Below, in pieces: positions 10,541 to 20,754 of a DNA stretch of 64,000 bases. The position numbers were made by a program, and so were the translations under genes. Where the stretch lies: the NCBI GenBank assembly GCA_050951545.1, contig JBMNJG010000004.1, forward strand, positions 64,001-128,000, given 5' to 3'. The notes beneath the pieces are model-generated. The model had not been told where the DNA came from. It worked only from the letters and a program-made list of their open reading frames with translations, and ran no database searches. Source of the DNA: Limnochordia bacterium. Its GTDB lineage: Bacteria; Bacillota; Limnochordia; DTU080. Positions within the stretch are counted from its first letter, which is position 1, and the number at the start of each line of letters is the position of its first letter.

Positions 10541-10723
10541 GGCAACAGATGCAGAAGAGAACCGCATGGCTTCTTGCCATCCGCGCAGAGCGGGTCTCCT
10601 TATTGCTTTCCGGGTATGACAGGAGCCCTTGCTGTGGAGTACGTATGAGCGTCCCGTGTGAAGCAGGGCGCTCACTCATGTCGATAGTGCAGCGTAGAAG
10701 CATACGAAGGGAACGTGTGATGC

Positions 10724-11320
10724 ATGTGGTACACTGTCGGCATGACGGTAGGGAGAATGTACCTGGGGCTCACTAAGCAACTCATCGTGATTGATACGCG
10801 ACACGTGCCAGTAGTTGGCCCCGTCATCCTGGCCTCGAACCACAAAAGTAATCTAGATCCTTTCTGCATTGGGGCTGCCGTCAAGCGCCAGGTGCATTTC
10901 CTGGCTAAGGATGAGCTTTTTCACAACCCCGTTGTGGGCTGGTACTTGCGCAAATCTGGCAGTCTGCCCGTAAGGCGGGGCATTTCAGATAGGCGGGCCA
11001 TTGCTGCAGCAGCTGAAGTGCTCAGGCAGGGGCGTGTGCTAGGCGTATTCGTGGAGGGAACTCGGCGTAGGGATATCGAAGGTGTGGGGGCTATGAGAGC
11101 CGGTGCGGCGATGCTGAGTCATCGTGCCAAGTCTCCGATCGTCCCGGTGGCCATCAGACGAGAGGGTCAACGCATTCGCGTCAGCTTTGCCCCCCCGATA
11201 GTAGCCGCCAGTGTAGCTGGAGCCAGCGAGGCCCCCTCGCGCAAGGCGGTGTACTCAAGGATTAATGAGGCCATAGCGGATGCACTTGCTCTGATGCTGC
11301 GACGTTCATACGCGACATAG
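10724..11320 (+). CDS. plsC: 1-acyl-sn-glycerol-3-phosphate acyltransferase (PlsC family)
   Basis: NHKSNLD (HX4D), FLAKDELF, FVEGTR and PIVPV motifs. Confidence 0.85.
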   Translation: MWYTVGMTVGRMYLGLTKQLIVIDTRHVPVVGPVILASNHKSNLDPFCIGAAVKRQVHFLAKDELFHNPVVGWYLRKSGSLPVRRGISDRRAIAAAAEVLRQGRVLGVFVEGTRRRDIEGVGAMRAGAAMLSHRAKSPIVPVAIRREGQRIRVSFAPPIVAASVAGASEAPSRKAVYSRINEAIADALALMLRRSYAT

Positions 11321-11398
11321 CGAGACTGTCTAAGGATCATACTATCCCGAGTGGCTTCTCGAATGGCAAAAAACCGCAGAACAGGCGTTAACCAGCGT

Positions 11399-11615
11399 TT
11401 CAAGGTACGCGAGGCCAGCAGAATGCAGGGCACGGCGCTTGTTGTGACCATGGCTGTGCGTGACGATGGACGCCGGGAGATCACTGGCCTGTCCCTCTAG
11501 GCCATATGCACTTCCCTAAGACACGCTGGCGGCGTTTGCGCTCCACGAACCCGTTGGAACGGCTTAACAGAGAGATCAAGCGCCGATTCAACGTTGCCGA
11601 GATCTTCCCTAACCC
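11399..11615 (+). pseudogene. IS256-family transposase remnant (two fused fragments)
   Basis: Translates as KVREASR...LVVTMAVRDDGRREITGL, then after a stop and deletion FPKTRWRRLRSTNPLERLNREIKRR...IFPN, which are IS256 hallmark motifs. Confidence 0.8.
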
Positions 11616-11637
11616 GTATTTCTGGAAGGTTCGATAG

Positions 11638-12075
11638 TTGTCAGTAATCCCCTGCCATCCGGCTAGAGCCAGAATACTCCTCAAGTCCGGAAGGGCGAAG
11701 GTGTACCGCCGCTACCCCTTCACGATCATTGTTACGGACAGGGAAGAGTCTGAAACCCAAGAGGTTGAGCTGAAGATTGACCCCAGCAGCAAGACCACAG
11801 GTGTGGCTATCGTGGCCCAGTTCGAGAGAGGTCACGAGGTGCTGTGGGCTGCCAACCTAGACCACACGGGGCAGCAAACTGTGCAGCAGCTGCAGAAGAG
11901 AAGGCAGGTGAGACGCTCTAGGCGTAACCGCAAGACGCGCTACCGCTAGCCCAGGTTCTCCAATCGCACGAGGCCTCAAGGGTGGTTGCCACCATCACTG
12001 CAATCCCGGGTTGGCAATATCACTGTGTGGGCCACACGGCTCATTGAACTAGCTCCGGTCACAAGCGTTGATTAG
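11638..12075 (+). pseudogene. iscB: IscB (RRXRR, IS200/605 OMEGA nuclease) N-terminal remnant
   Basis: PCHPARARILLK, PFTI, IDPSSKTTG (RuvC-I) and the bridge helix RRQVRRSRRNRKTRYR. An in-frame TAG at 11947 is followed by PRFSNR...GWLPPSLQSR. No HNH or RuvC-II/III. Confidence 0.85.
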
Positions 12076-12168
12076 ACGTCCGACGACCGTCCGGCGCTAC
12101 GCACCATGACTAGCGCCTTGCGCTTCGTCGGCGTCGCAACATCCATGTTGCTCCGAGGGAGTGTAGCG

Positions 12169-15100
12169 ATGGTGTCTATGGAGAACAAGGTAGGGCTTTC
12201 TATTGTGATGACCTTGTTACTCATTTGTGTGTGGATACCCTGGGGTGCCTACGCACAACAGCGCGATGACGCAGTGAAACCTGCACCAGACAATTTAGTG
12301 ACGAATGCAAGTTTTGAAGAAGACATGGCGGGCTGGCGCATCTCCTTCCCCGGGGAGGGCAAGACGGTAGCCATTGATGGCGTGCATGCTTCTGACGGGC
12401 ATCACTCAGTGCAGCTGACAAAAGCGGTGGCAGGGTCTTCGATTGGGGTGTCTCAAGACATCAAAGTCGAAGTAGGGCAGCTTTACCGAGTAGAAGCCTG
12501 GGTACGCGTGGAGAATCTACAAAAAGACCCCAGCTCAGGGCTGGGGAGCGCTATGCTGCGGGTGCAGTTTCGCGGCGCTCAAGGGGCCATCGGCAGGCAC
12601 GCTGAGGTGCACCTAAGAGAAGATACCGACGGGGAGTGGGTGCGCTTGAGCGATGAGTTTGCCATACCGGAAGGCACGAACTCCATATTTCTAGATCTGT
12701 TTCTCTTCCGGGCCACGGGTAATGTGTGGTGGGATGGTGTATCCTTGATGGCCATTGACGAGGAGTCGGCGGCGACAAAGGATCTGGAGGCCTCTGGTCT
12801 CGTCAAGTTGAGCCGGGAGCCCGTAGGTACACCGCGGGTTGGCTCCGTGTCTGCCTCTCCGATCAAGATTCCGGCCAGCGAACACCCGCGTCTGTTCATT
12901 TGTGCGGAGGAGATCGCCGCTTTGCGGGACGCCGAAGATCCAAGTACTAATATCATTCTTCAGTCTCTCATCATCCAGCCTGCTGGAGCCCTGGTAGGGC
13001 GCTACAGTACCCCCATCGAGATCCCGGGCAAAGGAACCGATGTCAGTCAAGATCAACCCCATTATCGCTTGATTGATGACGCGGTCAACGCGGGACTGGC
13101 CTACGCGTTTTCTGGCAACGTCGGGTTGGCCAAGGTGGTTCGCAAGATACTGTTGGCCTATGCACAGGTGTATGGAGATTATCCGCTGCATCATGCGACC
13201 ACCGATGGCCGTCTCATGCACCAAACGTTAGATGAAGCGGAGTGGCTTAGGCGGGCGGCATGGGCGTATGATCTCACGCTCAACAGCGGATTGTATAGCA
13301 CGGCCGATCGGCAAAAGATTGAAGATGACCTGTTATGGGAAGCTGTCGCGGTGATAGATCGCAATAGGTCAGTCCGTACAGGTGATACGTGGCAAGCGAG
13401 GCAGAATGCGGGTATCGGGGCGGTGGCCTTTCTTCTAGACCATGAAGCGTGGATCAACGAAGTGCTCTTCGGCCCACAGGGTTTCATGACCTTGTTTCCC
13501 AGAGGCCTGCGTGACGACGGCCTCTCATGGATGCAGTCGATGCACCACCATTACTCCAATCTTAGCCTTTGGCTCTATTTGGCCGAGGCGGCTTACCGTG
13601 GCGGATACGACTTGTACCGCGCCACCTGGGGCGAAAAGTCCATGAAGGATATGTTTGACGCCCCCATTTACCACACATTCAGTAACGGCAAGCACCCGAT
13701 TGTCGGCCACGCGACGCCGGGCACAGTGCTGCGCTTTGACTGGACGTATGCTCTAGCGTACCAGCGCTATCGGGATCCGGTGTATGCCTGGCTCTGGCGG
13801 CGGGCTCCGCAGTCAACTGGCGGGGGGCCACCCATGCTCTTCTATCTGTCCGCCTTGCGACAGTCGCCCGAACTCGAGCGAGTCACCATCGGTTTTGAGC
13901 GTTTTGGCAGCCAGGGAGAGAACATCGCTGGTCACACGTGGTTTCGGGATTCGGGCATGGTGACGCTGCGCGGGCGCGCAGAAAAAGCCATGGGGCCGGA
14001 AGTGGTTCTTTTGTACAAGCCCCATGGAACGGTCGGCCACCAGGCCTCGGACAATCTTTCATTGATGATGTCCACGGGAGATCATAATTGGCTTCCCGGC
14101 TTAGGTGATTACGAGTATCCGAAAGGCCACCCGGAGCAAGGTTCTTGGTATGAGCAGAGTGTGGCCCGTACAGGTGTGGTCGTTGACGAACGCTCGCAAT
14201 ACCCCCAAGGCTTGAGCGAGGCTCTATTTCTCACCGATGGCAAACAACCGTCGTCGGGAGAGTTGCTGCATTTTGTCGGGTTGCCTTCGATCGCGCTGGC
14301 TGAAGCCCGTACCGATAACGTCTACGAAGGCGTGCGGATGAATCGCCGGGTGCTGGTCCATTCCTCGTACGTGATTGATCACTACACCGTAAGCTCCGAG
14401 AAGGAGCACCGCTATGACTGGGTTATGCATGTGGACGGCAAGGAAATGGCTGCTCCTGACCCAGAAGAGCGACAGGTAGGCAGTCTAGGCTCGAGGGCCG
14501 GCTATCAGCATATTGTCAACGTCAGAAGTAGGCAGACAGACGACACCTGGAAACATATGTGGGAACACCCGAGAAGAAGCGGCACACAGCTGCAGGCGAT
14601 GATGCTAGGTGGCGATGATACCGAGGTCATTCGGGCCACGGGGTGGGGACCAAAGCTGTCAGATCGACCGTTAGTGATGGCCCGTCGGACGGGGAAATCA
14701 ACACAGTTTGTCACTCTGATAGAGCCCTTTGTGCAGGAGCCCGTTGCGGCAGGCATGGCGCGTCTGGAGGATGAAAAACAGGGTGTGTCGGGTCTGATCA
14801 TAGAGCGCACAGGGCACGGAGATAGGCCAGACCAGTTGGTCTGGCACCATTCTGGAACGCTGGGCGCGAAGGCAATGGCCACTCTGGCGACAGGTCAACG
14901 GTTTGAGGGTGAGCTGGCCTTCTTCGGTCAAGGGGATGAAGAAGGGGAAGAGACGATGTTGCTTCTAGACGGAGTGTTGATTGCGGCAGAGGAGCTTTCG
15001 GTGGAAGTGGACGCAGCCGCGGATTTGGCCATTGAACGCGAAGCCAGGCATAGACTGGTCGTCACGCAACGAAGCGGAGGGACGCGCCAGATCACCATTC

Positions 15101-15336
15101 GTCTTGCGGAAACGAAAGACGTCGGCGCGTTTCAACTGTACAAGCTGGGCGTCGGCGATCGTCTTGCGGATATACCAGTCGAGGCGTCTGTCGCAGAAGG
15201 TTTGGCACAAGGGCATGGCGATGGTGGACAGACGGTTCTTGAATGGGCCGCGGATCCCGGGGTGGTCTACGTACTCGGACCCGCATCTCCAGAAAGGGCT
15301 TGGCTAGAGCGATTCGCCGTCACTATTTGTCTCTAG
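12169..15336 (+). CDS. Secreted polysaccharide lyase, heparinase II/III / alginate lyase-like, with an N-terminal CBM4/9-like module
   Basis: Signal peptide and NLVTNASFEE...WWDGVSL (CBM-like). Also HPRLF, GRLM.QTLDEAEW, a helical toroid region, GH...DNLS and YDWVMH. Confidence 0.75.
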   Translation: MVSMENKVGLSIVMTLLLICVWIPWGAYAQQRDDAVKPAPDNLVTNASFEEDMAGWRISFPGEGKTVAIDGVHASDGHHSVQLTKAVAGSSIGVSQDIKVEVGQLYRVEAWVRVENLQKDPSSGLGSAMLRVQFRGAQGAIGRHAEVHLREDTDGEWVRLSDEFAIPEGTNSIFLDLFLFRATGNVWWDGVSLMAIDEESAATKDLEASGLVKLSREPVGTPRVGSVSASPIKIPASEHPRLFICAEEIAALRDAEDPSTNIILQSLIIQPAGALVGRYSTPIEIPGKGTDVSQDQPHYRLIDDAVNAGLAYAFSGNVGLAKVVRKILLAYAQVYGDYPLHHATTDGRLMHQTLDEAEWLRRAAWAYDLTLNSGLYSTADRQKIEDDLLWEAVAVIDRNRSVRTGDTWQARQNAGIGAVAFLLDHEAWINEVLFGPQGFMTLFPRGLRDDGLSWMQSMHHHYSNLSLWLYLAEAAYRGGYDLYRATWGEKSMKDMFDAPIYHTFSNGKHPIVGHATPGTVLRFDWTYALAYQRYRDPVYAWLWRRAPQSTGGGPPMLFYLSALRQSPELERVTIGFERFGSQGENIAGHTWFRDSGMVTLRGRAEKAMGPEVVLLYKPHGTVGHQASDNLSLMMSTGDHNWLPGLGDYEYPKGHPEQGSWYEQSVARTGVVVDERSQYPQGLSEALFLTDGKQPSSGELLHFVGLPSIALAEARTDNVYEGVRMNRRVLVHSSYVIDHYTVSSEKEHRYDWVMHVDGKEMAAPDPEERQVGSLGSRAGYQHIVNVRSRQTDDTWKHMWEHPRRSGTQLQAMMLGGDDTEVIRATGWGPKLSDRPLVMARRTGKSTQFVTLIEPFVQEPVAAGMARLEDEKQGVSGLIIERTGHGDRPDQLVWHHSGTLGAKAMATLATGQRFEGELAFFGQGDEEGEETMLLLDGVLIAAEELSVEVDAAADLAIEREARHRLVVTQRSGGTRQITIRLAETKDVGAFQLYKLGVGDRLADIPVEASVAEGLAQGHGDGGQTVLEWAADPGVVYVLGPASPERAWLERFAVTICL

Positions 15337-15521
15337 TCCACGCTCAACGTATCGGGTTGGCATCACCTTCCTTTGGGAAGTGGTGCCAACTTGGCACCTT
15401 GCATGAGCATGCGGGCAGGAAACAGAAGGTGGGTCCATAACATAACAGATGAAACAGATGAGACTCCTTAAGCCGAGGCAATGATGGCGTCATGGCTGGA
15501 TGACTGATCGGAGGAGTATAC

Positions 15522-16778
15522 ATGGAAATACAGAGTCGGTGTCGGGTAGCATTAAGTGTCAGTTTATTGTTGTTGGTTATACTAAGTATCTCAGGTGCTG
15601 CGGCCACCAAAAAGGTTGTCATGATGTCTAGAACCGACTACCAGTACCCGATCTTTGACGAATACATGATAGACCTGTTTCACAAAGAAAACCCTGATGT
15701 CACCATAGAGCTGTTGGGGGCCTCCTCATCGGAGCAAAGAATGAAGGTGTACGTGGCAGGTGGTCAGCAACTCGACATTTGCGTGATGGACCCCTATATC
15801 ATTCTGGATATGGCCAGGACAGGCCTCGCCGCACCGCTGACTCAGTTTGTGCGTCGTGAACCGAGGTTTGATCACTGGTATACTCCTATTCTCGAAGCCT
15901 ACACCTTGAGAGGTGAGGTATATGGGCTTCCGCGTGATCTGCAGCTGCCAGGCGTCTTTCTCAATGTCACTGCCTATCATGAGACTGGCCTTGCGGTTCC
16001 GAGAACCCGGTGGGCCTATGAGGATGTGAGGAAAAACGCTGTCAAGTTGCAGAAGGTCGACGACACTGGTACCGTGACCCGTTGGGGTTGGAAGATGCCT
16101 ACGTGGCGCAACTGGGTGCCCATGATCTGGGCGCACGGCTCAGACTTTGTGGATAGCTGGACCGACCCTACCCGTTTCGTGGGGAATGATTCAGGAATGC
16201 ACCAGGCCCTCGCTTTCATGCATTCACTTTTGGAGACGGGCGCTATTCCTGGTCTCGCCGAGCACGGCCGCAAAACTGCTTCGATAGGTTTCATGGATCA
16301 GACCAATGCGATGGTCAACACGAACACGGTCGTCATGGGCAACTTCAAGACCATTCTTGACTTTGAGTGGGACGTCGCTCCTGCGCCCTACGGGCCAGTT
16401 GGGCGCAAGCCCTTTTTCAACGCCCTGAGCTGGGTTATGCTCAGCACGGCGAAAGACAAAGAGGCCACCTGGCGGGTCATTGATTTCATGACGAATGAGA
16501 CTGCCATGAAAACCATGGCGGATCGTTTGGGCATGGTGCCCCCCGACCGTCGTTATGCACAGTACTGGGTCAGAGTGAGCGAAACGCCTTTCAACAGGGC
16601 GGTGCTATTTGAAGAGTTGGATTCGGCGGGCTATCCGGGCACTCTGGAGAACGGTCTCTTCGGCATCCTCGAAAGAGAAAGCATGGCGGCCGCCTGGGGT
16701 ACCACTCCCATCGGCTCTGCGATCGAGAACATGCAGCAGCTGACCACCGCCAGATTGCGCGAGACGGCCAATTGGTGA
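15522..16778 (+). CDS. Sugar ABC transporter solute-binding protein
   Basis: Signal peptide, with FHKENPDVTIE, YGLP and FEWDVAPAP motifs. GGAGG RBS present. Confidence 0.85.
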   Translation: MEIQSRCRVALSVSLLLLVILSISGAAATKKVVMMSRTDYQYPIFDEYMIDLFHKENPDVTIELLGASSSEQRMKVYVAGGQQLDICVMDPYIILDMARTGLAAPLTQFVRREPRFDHWYTPILEAYTLRGEVYGLPRDLQLPGVFLNVTAYHETGLAVPRTRWAYEDVRKNAVKLQKVDDTGTVTRWGWKMPTWRNWVPMIWAHGSDFVDSWTDPTRFVGNDSGMHQALAFMHSLLETGAIPGLAEHGRKTASIGFMDQTNAMVNTNTVVMGNFKTILDFEWDVAPAPYGPVGRKPFFNALSWVMLSTAKDKEATWRVIDFMTNETAMKTMADRLGMVPPDRRYAQYWVRVSETPFNRAVLFEELDSAGYPGTLENGLFGILERESMAAAWGTTPIGSAIENMQQLTTARLRETANW

Positions 16779-16843
16779 TCCGGGCTGGCAGCCCAAAGGA
16801 CCAGCCAGCAGAGTGCTGCGATGCGCCGTGGGACTGGCGAGGG

Positions 16844-17435
16844 CTACATGATGCTGACCATGACCACGGCGCTGGCGGCTGCTCCCACTAGCGTACCTGA
16901 GATCAGCTCGGCCATAGAGTGTCGCTGCGTTCGCAGGCGTGCCCAGAACACAAGCGGCAAGGTGATCCAGACCCACAGTACAGCAGGACCGATCACAGCG
17001 GTCATGATGGTCAGGGGGCCCGAAAAACCGCAGGCGTGTCCGCTGGCCTTGAAGTCCAAGGCCCCATTGATCAGGCTAAGCAGGCCACCTGAAGCCAGGT
17101 ACGACAGGAAGAAGCCGAGGACCACTTGGGGTGCTCGGCCGCACATACATACGATGGTGCCTAAGACATAACTAAGCACTGATACGACAAAGGCCAGCTG
17201 GCGCTGGCCTTTCCGGCCTAGCTCTCTCATGGACGGCAGCGCATAGGAGAAGACATAGGACAGAAGCGGGGCAGCTGTCAGAAGCAGTAGGGTGATGCAG
17301 TACCACAGCCGGCCCCCAAAGGCAGTGGGTTCATACAGGTAGACAGCGGTTGCCGCCAGCCCCGCAATGATCGGTGGGGTAGAGATGACTCCCGTCGCGA
17401 TTGCCAATTTATGACGTAGCGGTGTGATTCGTCAT
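16844..17435 (-). CDS. Membrane protein, PAP2-like (KASGH and RH motifs); possible 5' frameshift
   Basis: About 6 TM segments. The ATG at 17435 with a strong RBS is one base out of frame with the body, whose ORF starts at 17407. Confidence 0.55.
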
Positions 17436-17558
17436 AGGCTCTCCTCCAAGTCCTTCTTCAATGCACCATCCCATGGACACTGGGTAGGGAATTAGAATGA
17501 CACTTCGCCAAGGGGAGGCTTCCTCCCCCTAGAAGATGCACTATGGGAGGTAGATCGA

Positions 17559-20500
17559 ATGGTAAGAGGCAGAAGCGGTTGTTTGGCGTTGGCTATGGCT
17601 CTTGCGTGTCTTCTAGCTATGGGTTCACTTGGTTGCATGGCTGCTGTACCCGGTGAGGGGTGGCTTCCAACGAGGTTGGGTGACGAGCGGGCGGTAGCTC
17701 AGGGGCGCCTCACCCTCAGGGGCAACCACGAGGTCCTCTTGCACGTGGGATCACCTGGCCTGGTGCGCGTCTACGCCAGATCTGTCCAGATTGGGCGTTA
17801 TGTTGACGAAGTCTCCATGCGGCTCATCACTGGCTCCAGAGAGGTGGGCGGGGATAGCGTGCTTGCGCTCAAGCCTGCCCAGCAGGGAGTCTTTGAGTTT
17901 GAGGCGCCTGGGCGAGGCCTCTACCGCCTTGCCGTGGACACAGGCCTCAACGCCGTGGAGGTGAGGCCCGAGGCCGATGGCTGGGTGATACCTGCCCAAC
18001 AGGGTCAAGAGATACATATCATCTTCGCTGCTGGCCCCCTGTACTTCTTTGTGCCACAGGATACTCGGGTCTTCGAGGTGTGGGGCAAGGGGGGAGGGCC
18101 GAATGAGAACCTGCGTCTGCGCGTCAAGAGGCCGGACGGTTCCATTCACGGCGAGCTGCTTTCGTGGGGCTCATCGCCTGAAGTGCTGAGCGTAGAGGTC
18201 CCCAAGGGTACCGATGGTTCGGTGTGGTCGTTGGAGTTGCTCACGCCGCCACAGGGAGTTCTGGAGGACGCCTACGTCTGGTTCTCGCCGGAGATATCCG
18301 GTCTTTCTACGCAGGCGGCAAGTCTCATCGCTCCCTTCTTGCAGGGCATGCAGCGGGCCCCTGTGGTTCTTTCGGACGAGGAGCTGAGGTTGAGCTTCGG
18401 CTGGAACGCGGTTCCTCCCTCAGACGCAGCCTACCTGCGTCTCGCACTAACGAAGACCTCTGGGGAGCTGGTGGGTGAGGAACGGTTTAGCCTCACCGAT
18501 GCCCTCAACCCAGTAGAGTGGGTCTTGCCCGAGGCGGTACCACCGGGCTCATATGATCTTAGTGCCGAGCTTGGCAACGCGGAGGGCGAGGCGGTTACGG
18601 CACTACACAGTCAGCTGCACCTGACGCCCAGCATGCTCTACACGGGTGACTACAAGCCTTTGGTCAGGGGGCGTCTGAGTTCCACAGAGGGCGCCTTTCC
18701 GACTTTGGTGATTCGGCCAGAGGTCGACCCAGCCCTCCTTGCCAACGTGCATCTCGTCGTTGAACTCTCGGTTTCTGATGTCTCTTCAGAGCCTGGTGGG
18801 CCCGATAGACGAGTTCTTCTTCGGGAGAGCTATCACGATATCAGTTGGGACGGGATCGAAGTTGACCTGGTCACCGAGACTCCCGAAAAACATGGCCTGT
18901 ACTGCTGGCAGATCGAGACGTACAATGCTCAAGGACAGGCTCTTGATGTGCAACGCGTGCATCTGGTGCAAAGGTACGGTGAGCGCTTTGCCGAGTCACT
19001 GGAAAGCGTGCGGTTCGGGCCGTTGCCCGAGAAAGCAGGAACTACCTGGCACGTCTTTGTGCCAGAGGCGATAGAGGCTATCCGATATGGCTACCGCCCT
19101 GATGCTCGGGCTCTTGAGCGAGAGCCCGCCATATCTGCTACTCCCGGCGAGGTGGCGCCTTTCACCCTTGGTCTGATCGCTGTGTCAGCCGTTGAGGGAC
19201 TCGAGGTGAGTGTCTCTGATCTGGCAGGACCTGGAGGCTGCGTGATTCCTGCCGATGCGATCGAGACCTATAAGGCGCACTACATGGCTCAGCGCACGAA
19301 CTGGAATAGTCAGGACTTCTGGATCGTCCCCGAAATCCTGGTGCCCTTGCGCGACCCGGACATGCCCATGAGCCGGGCTCGTATGATCCGTAGCATCTAC
19401 CCAGGGATTCCCATTCCCTCGCCAGCCCTCTCTCTGGCTGCTTTTCAGCAGGCGCAGCTGTGGTTCTCAGTTAACGTACCCCAAGAGGCTCAACCTGGTC
19501 TTTATGAAGGTGTGGTGAGCCTCAAGGATGAGCAGGGCCAGGTGGTACGCAAACGGCTCGAACTCCGGGTGCTACCTTTTGCGCTGGCTCAGCCCAGCGA
19601 CCGTCACTGGGGGCTGTACAGTGATAGCAGCAGGTGGGATCTGTTCACGGAGGAGCTGCTAAGGGCCGAGTTGCGCGATTTTCGCCAGCACGGCATCACG
19701 GGCTTGATCATGTATCCTCTCGTGCATAGCACCATATCGGTACGTGAGGGAAGGCTGGTTATCAACTCCGACAAGTTTGCTGGTTACATGAAGATGGCCC
19801 GCGAGGTAGGTCTTGACGGGCCAATGGTCATGGACTTTCAGGGTCTGCGCAACCGAGTCAAGCAACTCACTGGCACGGATGTGGGCAGTTCCGGATTTGC
19901 AGATTTCTACACGGAAGTGATCGGGCACTTTGCTGAGCGTGGGATCCAAGAAGAGTGGGGAGAGATGGTCTACCACGCCGTCGACGAGCCGTCAAACCAA
20001 GAGAAGGCGCGTGACGCGCAAGCACTGCTGAGCATCATCAAACAGATGGGACTTCCCACGTTTACCACGGCGAACAACGTTCAGATGGTCAGTGAACTGC
20101 TCGATCACGTGCTTGACGTGCGAACGTGGTACATCAGTTTTGCTGCATCGCCCACCGCGGCAGCAGCCCGTCGTGCCGAGGCCGAAGCTGTAGGGGGACA
20201 TTTCTGGTGCTACGGCAGCGGCTCCTACACGGGACAGGAAGGTCGCATGCTGGCCAATCGTTATATTGGCGGGTTGTTCCTCGCTAAGAGTGGAGCGGAG
20301 GGCATGTGGAGCTGGACCTTCCAGCGTCCTAAAGACCAGCCCTACGACGACTTCGATGGTGCAGGTCATAGAGAACAGAAGGATGCGATGATCACCTATC
20401 CGAGTTTCTTCACCGCCACCAGATCTTATCCGACGCTGCAGTGGGAAGGTATTCGGGAAGGTGTTGACGACTATCGTTACATGCACACGTTGAAGGTGTT

Positions 20501-20651
20501 GGCGACGGAACGAGGTCGCACTGACATCCTTGAGGAAATGGAACAGCTGCTCGAAGAGGTACCATGGAATGTCAAGGCATTTTCTGCCGAAGCGGCCGAT
20601 CGGGTGAGAGCTCGGATCGTGGGTCTACTGCTGGAACTTGCTGAGCAGTGA
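17559..20651 (+). CDS. Large secreted glycoside-hydrolase-like protein (GH123/DUF4091-like C-terminus)
   Basis: Signal peptide, with W..V.VP..A.PG.Y.G, AVDEP and TLQWEGIREGVDDYRY motifs. Confidence 0.65.
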   Translation: MVRGRSGCLALAMALACLLAMGSLGCMAAVPGEGWLPTRLGDERAVAQGRLTLRGNHEVLLHVGSPGLVRVYARSVQIGRYVDEVSMRLITGSREVGGDSVLALKPAQQGVFEFEAPGRGLYRLAVDTGLNAVEVRPEADGWVIPAQQGQEIHIIFAAGPLYFFVPQDTRVFEVWGKGGGPNENLRLRVKRPDGSIHGELLSWGSSPEVLSVEVPKGTDGSVWSLELLTPPQGVLEDAYVWFSPEISGLSTQAASLIAPFLQGMQRAPVVLSDEELRLSFGWNAVPPSDAAYLRLALTKTSGELVGEERFSLTDALNPVEWVLPEAVPPGSYDLSAELGNAEGEAVTALHSQLHLTPSMLYTGDYKPLVRGRLSSTEGAFPTLVIRPEVDPALLANVHLVVELSVSDVSSEPGGPDRRVLLRESYHDISWDGIEVDLVTETPEKHGLYCWQIETYNAQGQALDVQRVHLVQRYGERFAESLESVRFGPLPEKAGTTWHVFVPEAIEAIRYGYRPDARALEREPAISATPGEVAPFTLGLIAVSAVEGLEVSVSDLAGPGGCVIPADAIETYKAHYMAQRTNWNSQDFWIVPEILVPLRDPDMPMSRARMIRSIYPGIPIPSPALSLAAFQQAQLWFSVNVPQEAQPGLYEGVVSLKDEQGQVVRKRLELRVLPFALAQPSDRHWGLYSDSSRWDLFTEELLRAELRDFRQHGITGLIMYPLVHSTISVREGRLVINSDKFAGYMKMAREVGLDGPMVMDFQGLRNRVKQLTGTDVGSSGFADFYTEVIGHFAERGIQEEWGEMVYHAVDEPSNQEKARDAQALLSIIKQMGLPTFTTANNVQMVSELLDHVLDVRTWYISFAASPTAAAARRAEAEAVGGHFWCYGSGSYTGQEGRMLANRYIGGLFLAKSGAEGMWSWTFQRPKDQPYDDFDGAGHREQKDAMITYPSFFTATRSYPTLQWEGIREGVDDYRYMHTLKVLATERGRTDILEEMEQLLEEVPWNVKAFSAEAADRVRARIVGLLLELAEQ

Positions 20652-20677
20652 AGAGCGATCAGACAAGGGCCCAATGA

Positions 20678-20710
20678 GAAGACGACCCCGCTCCAAGCGG
20701 GGTCGTCTTC
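20678..20710. terminator. Bidirectional terminator hairpin
   Basis: Perfect 15-bp stem gaagacgaccccgct/agcggggtcgtcttc between convergent genes. Confidence 0.75.
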
Positions 20711-20754
20711 GCTTACGCCCGGCATGTCTGCCTGGGGGTACTGGTCATGCCGCT

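Noticed and set aside
15382-15398. Palindrome ggtgccaa-c-ttggcacc as a sigma-54 promoter
   Set aside because: The spacing from TGGCAC to TTGC is wrong. It may be an operator or hairpin, but cannot be assigned.
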